DNA from: Octopus vulgaris
Lineage: Eukaryota
Assembly: GCA_951406725.2 (NCBI GenBank)
Contig: OX597820.1
Span: forward strand, 62,124,001-62,188,000
Length of the DNA: 64,000 bases
Reading direction: 5' to 3'
The translations under genes and the position numbers were made by a program. Shown piece after piece: positions 55,314 through 64,000 of the stretch (position 1 is its first letter; each line of letters starts with the position of its first letter). Under the pieces are notes generated by a model. It ran no database searches, was not told the origin of the DNA, and saw only the letters and a list, made by a program, of their open reading frames with translations.

Positions 55314-56865
55314 GTGTGCGTATATATATATATAGTTATACGATAAAACATGAAAATCTAACGTAGGAAATTATTAAAAAAAGGAAGAACATCAAGTAGC
55401 TATTCCGCTATATTTAGTGTGTATTCGGGTCCCTTGTTTCACCTTCATTAAATCAGCCCCAGTTCAATGCTCTTTTAATTAGCGAAACTGAGAGACTACG
55501 ATCACGACGGCAGAACATATATTACGTATATCACAAGTTTATCTCGCGGTGTTTCCTTGTTCCGCGCCATGCTAAGCGCCGTCTTAATTTCGGGAATGTG
55601 CGAAGGGCATTCACCAATTTTTGGAAAGTGATGTGTTAAGTTATATGCAACCATAAGTGTTTATGTGTATCTATGCATGCGTATATATGTGTATGTATGT
55701 GTGTTTTTTATATACTATGTATTTGTGTATTAGTAATCAGTTGTTGACATTTCAAGCAAGATTAGGCTCTACACGACATAATTGCTTCTACCATTCATTT
55801 GCAAGTAACGATTTACGCACGTGCACCTCCGCCCTTCACACACAAACACACACACATTTACACACTCATAGGCACACACACTTGCACACACACACACATA
55901 TATATATGCACATATATATGTGCATATATATGTATGTTGATATATATGCATATATATATTAGTATATATATATATATAGATATATATTCATGGGTATACA
56001 TACATGCATAAAAAACATATATATATATATGCATATATATATATATATATATACACACATACATATACATATACACACACGCACACACACATAGGACATG
56101 AACAAATGCAGTTCTGAGTGTTGTTAGAATTATTTTCTCAAACTTTTTACTTCGATGTAAATACAGTATAACTATTCAGGGGATGCGATACATTATGCAA
56201 CTCGCAGCTCATCAGGCAACTTCTGAAACAATGATTTGTTGAGTAATCTATTTATTTCAGCTTGTTGAATTACACATGAAAATACCGATATGTAAGATAT
56301 GGAAATGTAGAAGTATCTACTCTGAGTAATTCTATCCACCGAAATGCCGTGATTATGGATGAAAAGCTATACAAGTGATAGAAAAAAATGTCCTAAAGTT
56401 GCGTACATTTCATTCGCCGTGCACTAAAATCTCAGCGTGTGAGTCACCTTTGAAAATTTTTGACAGAATATTTATTTTTTGTTCATCACTTGTTTTCGCC
56501 ATCGGTAAACTTTTCGCACGTCTATAGACGATATGTGTTCATAACACATGCGATTCGGCGGTTTAACAGTTTTTGAGGCGCTGCAATGTTTCTGCATCGT
56601 TGTGCATCTTCTAAGCTAAAGCTATCCCACCGGAGTGATTAATCTAAAAAGAACACTAGTACTTAGCTATACAAGTCAGCAAGTTCTTTCCTGACGCATG
56701 CTAATACATATCTAATAGAAATAATTCATGGGGCGCACGCAGGAAACCGGATGTTATACATATATAATACATATATACATATATAATTAGAACCCGGCTC
56801 TTTCTCTGTTGGCAAGAAATTTGGAAATAAAAGTTAATAATAACATACATGCTCATGAATATACA

Positions 56866-56918
<53 letters not shown>

Positions 56919-57091
56919 GTATATGTTATTTATTTGTTTGAAGGTCACAATACATGAATTAAATAGATTTAAATAAATGATATCTATCTCTCACCAGATA
57001 GATTTCTTTTTTGTTGAATTTTATATCACGGATCAGTACGCACACAGAGCCATACATACGCTCTACCTGATGTATACATACATACATGAAT

Positions 57092-57183
<92 letters not shown>

Positions 57184-57557
57184 GTGTGTGTTGTATATTC
57201 ATAGGTGTGTACTTGTTTGTGCGTCTTTGGAGCTAGTGAGTGTGAAGGAAAAATGAAAGATATAGAAACAAACGCGGAGGAACATTTTTCTCGTCCTACA
57301 CATTCATATATTCCTATACATACCTGTTCATTCATACACACACATACACACACACACACACACATATGTATATATGTGTGTGAGTGTGTGTGTGTGAGTA
57401 TGTGTGTGTGTGAGTGTGTGTGTATTTACATACATGCATACACACAAATACACATCACATACACACATACATACAAGCAACACGCACAAATACATGTATT
57501 CACCTGTGCATGTAAATATATTAGATTTATATATATATTATGTATGTATATATATAC

Positions 57558-57588
<31 letters not shown>

Positions 57589-57658
57589 CATATATATATA
57601 TACATATATATATATATACATATATATATACATATATATACATATATATATATACATT

Positions 57659-57710
<52 letters not shown>

Positions 57711-58173
57711 CTGCGTGTATGTATATCACTGGTTCAACTAAGATACACAAGTGAGTTTGTATACATTATATAATTACACACATGCACAAATGGAAGGACA
57801 TGCGCAGAAATTCACATCCGAAGCAATTTTAAAGATCAATCGAGATGTTACGTTGAAGTTAGAATGTTGAGCCTCTAAGCAATTAATTTTAGTAATAAAC
57901 AAATGTCCACGAAAGGGAACCTAAAGTGTGCGGGGTGGGGCGTGAAAGAGGGATTTGTGAATGCATTAATAGTTGGCAAAATGGGGTAGAGATAGAAGAA
58001 GGTTTAGTGGGTTTTGACGTGAATCGTTATAGCAATTCTTGCCCGCCTATTGATGACTTATTAAAAGGATGTAATGTAAGAAGTTAAATTATGTTTACAG
58101 TATACAGGCGTTTGAGGGCAATTCAGATAAATATATGCGTATATATATATATATATATATATATACATACATA

Positions 58174-58702
58174 CACTGGTTGCGGTGAAAAAATTGGCAT
58201 CTAAATTTCGCAAAAATGAAAATAACACTGACATCTCATTTTAATGGATATATTTATCAAAATTACATAAAAATATCTTGAATTACTAAAGAGAAAATTT
58301 CTTCAATAAAATCGACTTTGGCTTTAACCGCGGCCTCCAGACGAATTCGGAAACACCTGCAACTCGTTGGGACAGTCTCCTTGTTAAAGTTGGTGAATGC
58401 TGCCATAATCCTTGCCCTCAGTTCATCTTTGGTGTTACAAGGAGTTTTTGGGTCACGCGCGCAACTGCACCCCATACACAATATTCAAGGAGGTTGCAAT
58501 CTGGGGAGTTAGGTGGCCAGATGTTAGATGTGATGTGATCGCAGAAATTGTCTGACGGAAATGATTGGCTTCTCCTGCTTGTGTGGAATGGTGCACTCTC
58601 CTGTTGTCAGACATAGTCTTCCAGCAGCCATGCTCTTGACACACGGCAGCACTGCCTCCTCCGCGAACTTGACGCAGGGCTCCGTGTTGAGTTTGAGACC
58701 AT
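58174..58702 (-). mobile_element. maT (DD37D) transposon 3' relic
   Basis: HGLKLNTE, QESAPFH, WPPNSPDCN, NTKDELRARIMAAF, FRIRLEAAVKAKVDFIE; terminus similar to 29723. Confidence 0.85.
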
Positions 58703-58957
58703 GATGTTTGAGAATTTAGTGCATGATGAATGAAATGTACGCAATTCTAGGACCTTTTCGCACCACTTGTATATCTTTTCATCTACAAGCATGGCCTTTT
58801 GGTAGACAGAATTACTCAGAGTAATTCTACATTTCATGTATAATCTCCCATTCCTTTCGTTGAGCATTGGATTTGATTTTAGGGTATGGCAGTTGTTTGT
58901 ATGGGAATGTGCATAGGGCGGAAGAATGGGAGGAAAATAGAAAGAGAGAGATGAAAG

Positions 58958-60100
58958 AGAGGAAAACATTTTTGTATCAATTGACGTAGTAAACATCTAT
59001 ACCACGATCCTGCGCCAACATGGGCAAGAGGCAATAAATTTCTGGCTAGAAAAATTGCCTCATGAAATTCCAAACAAAACTCATATCACCGAAGGATTAA
59101 AATTCACCATTGAAAACAACTTTTTTGAGTTTAATGAGAATAGTTTCAAACCAATACCTGGGACTGCGATGGTTACAAAAGTCGCTTCGACTCCCGCAAA
59201 TTTATCCATGACATTACTTGTCATGGAGGTCCAGATATATGATTAATGCAAATTAGATTACGGCTGGAACTTCCATAAATATTTACTAGCATACTGGAAA
59301 TGCTACTCATATGACTGGCTACTTTTGTGGATGCACACACTTATTGAATTCAAAAACCTAATTAACATTATAAACAGTAGTATCGACTTTACCATGGAAT
59401 TTAGTAAAGCTCAAATACCATTCGTCGACATTTTAATCACAAAAGGAGATAAAAATATTGGCACAGACAGATTCTGTTTTCCTTATGCTGTTTTCCTTAT
59501 GCCATCCCAAACACACGAAGCCTAATGATCCTTTTAATCCAACAAGAAGAATCTGCACAAATGTTTCAATCGTTAAAAGCCGTAATAAAAGGATCCGGAA
59601 TTAAAACAAACGCTACTCGAAAGAAAATATTCGTCAATGTTAATAGACAACGAAATACAGCGTGCGAAAACAATAGATTTTAAAGAATTGCGAGAACAAA
59701 AAATACTTCAGATACACTCAGTATTCTACTCTCTATTACAACAGACAACAGCATTATCCACCTGAACATTCCACTACTGAGATAAGACCCAAAAATCAGA
59801 CAAGCACTCGAAATAATTAAAATAATAAAAAAATATCATAAATGAGGTATTAGGAAAGGAAAAAAAATAAGTGTAGACGTTCTTTAATTCATAATCCTGG
59901 TTCGTACAGAACCAATATACGTTTTACAAATTGTTTCGGAGCCTAATTACTTCCAAAGACAAAAACGAAAAACTGTTCTTGAAATGAGAATTAGATTTTG
60001 CGTCAGGAATTACATACTGGTATGAATAACTACGACCAACAAAAATATACAAAAACCTTTCATAGCCCAGACGGGAACAAGCAAATTATAATAAAATGAA
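58958..60100 (+). pseudogene. Older decayed Neptune-type Penelope RT/GIY-YIG
   Basis: VSIDVVNIYTTI, EAINFWLE, ENNFFEF, GTAMVTKVA, FTMEFS..IPFVDILI and FIAQTG are colinear with 3258-4834. Confidence 0.85.
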
Positions 60101-60264
60101 AGATAACTAGAACGCCAGATAATTCAAAACCAGTGTTTAACATTACAATTCACGATATGCAAATATCTAGTAACGACAGATAAAGCAAATGAAACAAAAA
60201 TTAACTACAAAATAATAGGGTTATCCAATCAAAGATTAAAAATCAATAACTACAAACCGATATA

Positions 60265-60649
60265 TCTCTCTATATATAAACGGCAGTTTGTCTGTGCGTG
60301 TTTCTGTGTGTCTGTTTTCTCGTACCCTCACCCTGACCACGGCTTTCAACCGATTCTGATGAAACTTAACACACGCATAGCCCAATGTCATAATTCAAAA
60401 CTAACGCAGCGAAAATTTTGAAAAGTTCCCCCAGTTCTGAAAAAAATCGATAAATTCGACATGGGGTCGAGAATAAAAAAAACAAACCACAGACTGTCTA
60501 GGGGACGCAACTCAACCTTTTTTACTCTCAAAAAAAATTTACCATCATTTTTTTTTCCATTTTTTTGCTATTTTTTGGCTATAACTCTCTAAAGATGCTT
60601 TATAGTTATTTCCCTTACAAACCTGAGCAACGCCGGGCGATACTGCTAG
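60265..60649 (+). mobile_element. Non-autonomous Helitron, copy 1 (385 bp)
   Basis: A|TCtctctatatataaacggcag...gagcaacgccgggcgatactgCTAG|T. Confidence 0.92.
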
Positions 60650-60752
60650 TACATATATACATACATAAGAGAGTAGGGTGTGATTTGAGGGAGATTTGGC
60701 TGCTATTTCTACCAGGTCTAGCTACCATGTAGAGGTCTCCCTCATTGGCTCA

Positions 60753-61136
60753 TCTCTCTCTATATAAACGGCAGTTTGTCTGTGCGTTTTCTGTGTGTCT
60801 GTTTTCTCGTACCCTCACTCTGACCACGGCTTTCAACCGATTCTGATGAAACTTGACACACACATAGCCCAATGTCATAATTCAAAACTAACGCAGCGAA
60901 AATTTTGAAAAGTTCCCCCAGTTCTGAAAAAAATCGATAAATTCGACATGGGGTCGAGAATTAGAAACCCAAACCACAGACCGTCTAGGGGACGCAACTC
61001 CACCTTTTTTAACTTTCAAAAAAAATTTACCATCATTTTTTTTCCATTTTTTTGCTATTTTTTGGCTATAACTCTCTAAAAATGCTTTATAGTTATTTCC
61101 CTTACAAACCTGAGCAACGCCGGGCGATACTGCTAG
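60753..61136 (+). mobile_element. Non-autonomous Helitron, copy 2 (384 bp)
   Basis: Near-identical to 60265-60649 with the same TC/CTAG ends, between A and T. Confidence 0.92.
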
Positions 61137-61927
61137 TTATCTACTAAAAAAATAATGATATCTGATTTGGGACCTGTCACTCTTTCCGCTGAATGTCTGA
61201 AGAATACGGTTCAAAAGTCCAACAGCTATCACCGAATCAAAGACCAAACTTCTTTATCCAGTGAAAGTCGCCCAGTGTTTCGAAACGTAACAGCTTTTCT
61301 GAAGGGTGGTCAATACGGATTTATACCATTCCGCACCTGTTACGAAATAATGAATATCCTAATTCAAAGTTAATAATATGATAATATCAAACGAAAATAA
61401 TAAGAAAAAGAAGAAGCAAATCCTTTGTTTACATAATAGCCATCTACGGGTGAAACAGTAGAATAAAGGAAGAGAAAGATAATCAAAATCCTTCAGGAAA
61501 CTGCTCACCAGTGCTATATTACCCTCCCAAAACCCCATACTAAAAGTCAAAAAGTATGGCTGCCGTAATTGCGGAATTTGAACACAATGAATATAATTAG
61601 GACAGAATTTTAGCATAGAACATCATTTTACCTGTTCGTCAAAAAATTTATTATAAGCTATCAAAAGTAAAGGAAGTACTAATTTGAGCAATGTTCTATC
61701 TTTAAAAACAAGAACATTTTTGTTTGAATTCCATACAAAAGCAGGACTGCTGCACCGTAACTCCAAGTATTTCTATCTCAGTGTTTGATAGTCAGAGATA
61801 TCTATGAAACCGGTTAAGTTTTTAAAAACTAAAAATTTCAAAATAAAAGAAAGCCTAAACGAATAACAGTGCATTTCACATTCTTTTATAGGCATACATA
61901 CATAAATACATACATACACGCATATAT

Positions 61928-61960
<33 letters not shown>

Positions 61961-61963
<3 letters not shown>

Positions 61964-62168
61964 GTGACCTCGTGTATACCGTTGGCAATTTTTTTTCCCT
62001 CTGTCTTCCCTTCTCTGGATCTTTCCTTCTCCTATGTTTCCGACGAAGAGCTCCGCTCGAAACGTTAAACCCTCCTTCTTCCCTTCTTTCCAGAGCGTCC
62101 AATAATACTATATTTGTTCCACGTCCTCGCGTTGTTGTTTTTTTGTGTTTTCTTGTTTGGATTAACTA
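61961..62168 (+). mobile_element. Solo Penelope-type terminal repeat in (TA)n with minimal hammerhead-like motif
   Basis: gttt-CCGACGAA-GAGC(tcc)GCTC-GAAACGTT-aaac at 62036-62070; (TA)n on both sides. Confidence 0.75.
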
Positions 62169-62201
62169 TATATATATACATAGATACATGCACACACACA
62201 C

Positions 62202-62236
<35 letters not shown>

Positions 62237-63666
62237 AGACGTTTTGGCATCCAGAAGACTCCAAAAGGAAGGTAAGGATATGTAAGTGCTACAGAAGTAC
62301 TGCTGTTAAACATCCGGTTCAATTATAGTATGAGTCTTAGACGTGTCGTGTGTGAGCGTGTATATTTTAAAGATATATGTGTGTGTGTGTGGGGGGTATG
62401 TGTGTTAAATAAAATAAGATGACGAAACCAAAGCAATGTCATATATCTAGGACATTTATAAGGGGAAAGGTGATCTTACAGTTGCTTCACAGCAATAAAT
62501 GATATTATGGATATTATGTCCCTCAAACAGTTGTAAGACCATCTTTCTCTTTATAAATGTCCTAGACATATCAAACTGCCTTGGCCTTGTTACCTTATTT
62601 TATTTAACACACAAGCACTCACACACAATATTTCTCTCTCTCTCTCTGTCTATATGTATATATATATATACATGCCTAAGTATGTACATTCATTTCATTC
62701 ACAAAATTATCATGAGGTTAATTATATGTGTTTCCATCCAAGTGGAGGTCTGGTATTGTGCACCAAAATGGCGACACGATAAAATAATTAAGCATTTTAT
62801 GCTCAATATGACGGCTATCAGAAAAATCGAAGAAATGTTTAAATTAATTGAAGTAACTTTTCTAAACTTATGCAGTTGGATTTAAGCAGACAGATATGTA
62901 TCGTATAATTCTCTTCGCACACATAAAAATAAAAGAGATTAAATTGATGTGGTTTCTTGCCAGATGGTTACTTATCAGCAGTTATGTTCGTCGTGTCCTA
63001 TTACCAACGCAAAGAAATTATAGAAATTGCTATTTAAATCAAGCTGAAACCAAAACGTCGCTGTTTTAACCAGACTAATTCATATAACAGTCATTTCCTG
63101 GTGACGTGACTATATAAGTAAGCAATATTTATTTATGCGTTACAATATTTCTTAGTCAATTTTAAAATTTATTGGTGCTTTTCTACTAAACACTATACTG
63201 AACTTAACTTATTATTAAACCAGTTAAACATATCACTGAGGAAAGCAGAAAGAAGTGGGTTATATATCTAACAATATGTAGGCAACAAACTGGCAAATAT
63301 GGCAGATCTCTTTCCAGGGATTTGTTTTGCTTTATGCGAAGAAAATAGCTATATTTATATTAATATTGATATAAATTTCAGTACGAATGGAAATTTACTA
63401 TTTAAGTTTATTTTATAAATATGCATATATACACACATGTACACGCATATATACACACATGCATATGCATACATATATGCAACCACATACAATTATGTGC
63501 ATTTGTAAGCTTATATATATATATATATATAAAAGAACACACTTGAGGAAATGGAGTTTATCCATAAGACGTGCATATGTATATATACTTAGATACACAT
63601 ATCTTCAGACAATACATCTGAAACAAAACAGAAATGAAGTTAGTTTATGTGTGTATATATATATAC

Positions 63667-64000
63667 AGGAGTGGCTGTGTGGTAAGTAGTTTGCTAACCA
63701 ACCACATGGTTCCGGGTTCAGTCCCACTGCGTGGCATCTTGGGCAACTGTCTTCTGCTATAGCCCCGGGCCGACCAATGCCTTGTGAGTGGATTTGGTAG
63801 ACGGAAACTGAAAGAAGCCTGTCGTATATATGTATATATATATGTATGTGTGTGTGTGTTTGTGTGTCTGTGTTTGTCCCCCTAGCATTTCTTGACAACC
63901 GATGCTGGTGTGTTTACGTCCCCGTCACTTAGCGGTTCGGCAAAAGAGACCGATAGAATAAGTACTGGGCTTACAAAGAATAAGTCCCGGGGTCGATTTG
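63667..64000 (+). mobile_element. SINE family A, running off the window end
   Basis: tRNA-like head with A/B boxes, internal TA/TG microsatellite and conserved tail. Confidence 0.92.

Noticed and set aside
63667-63740. tRNA genes at SINE heads (also 5665, 28104, 44415)
   Set aside because: A/B boxes are present but continue into SINE bodies, with no clean cloverleaf or terminator

Overview
AT-rich, microsatellite-saturated eukaryotic non-coding DNA. The SINE families look like those of Octopus (inferred from recalled repeat sequences, not from a database search). I found no intact host gene or convincing host exon, and most ORF-track entries are translated microsatellites. The window holds decayed mobile elements: tRNA-derived SINEs of at least three families, Penelope-like elements (two Neptune-type, two Naiad-type), Tx1/L1, RTE, R4/Dong-like and CR1-like LINE fragments, three maT (DD37D) and several mariner relics, a hAT MITE, three non-autonomous Helitrons and Gypsy fragments. 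Two things stand out. (1) About ten short hammerhead-ribozyme-like modules from several unrelated sequence families sit in or beside (TA)n tracts, and four of them lie in fold-back palindromes. (2) A maT transposase carries a ~2.4 kb strand-switching AAACTATAGGC patchwork that appears to be built partly from templated copies of the flanking transposase and of a Gypsy integrase piece, joined at CTATAG microhomologies.
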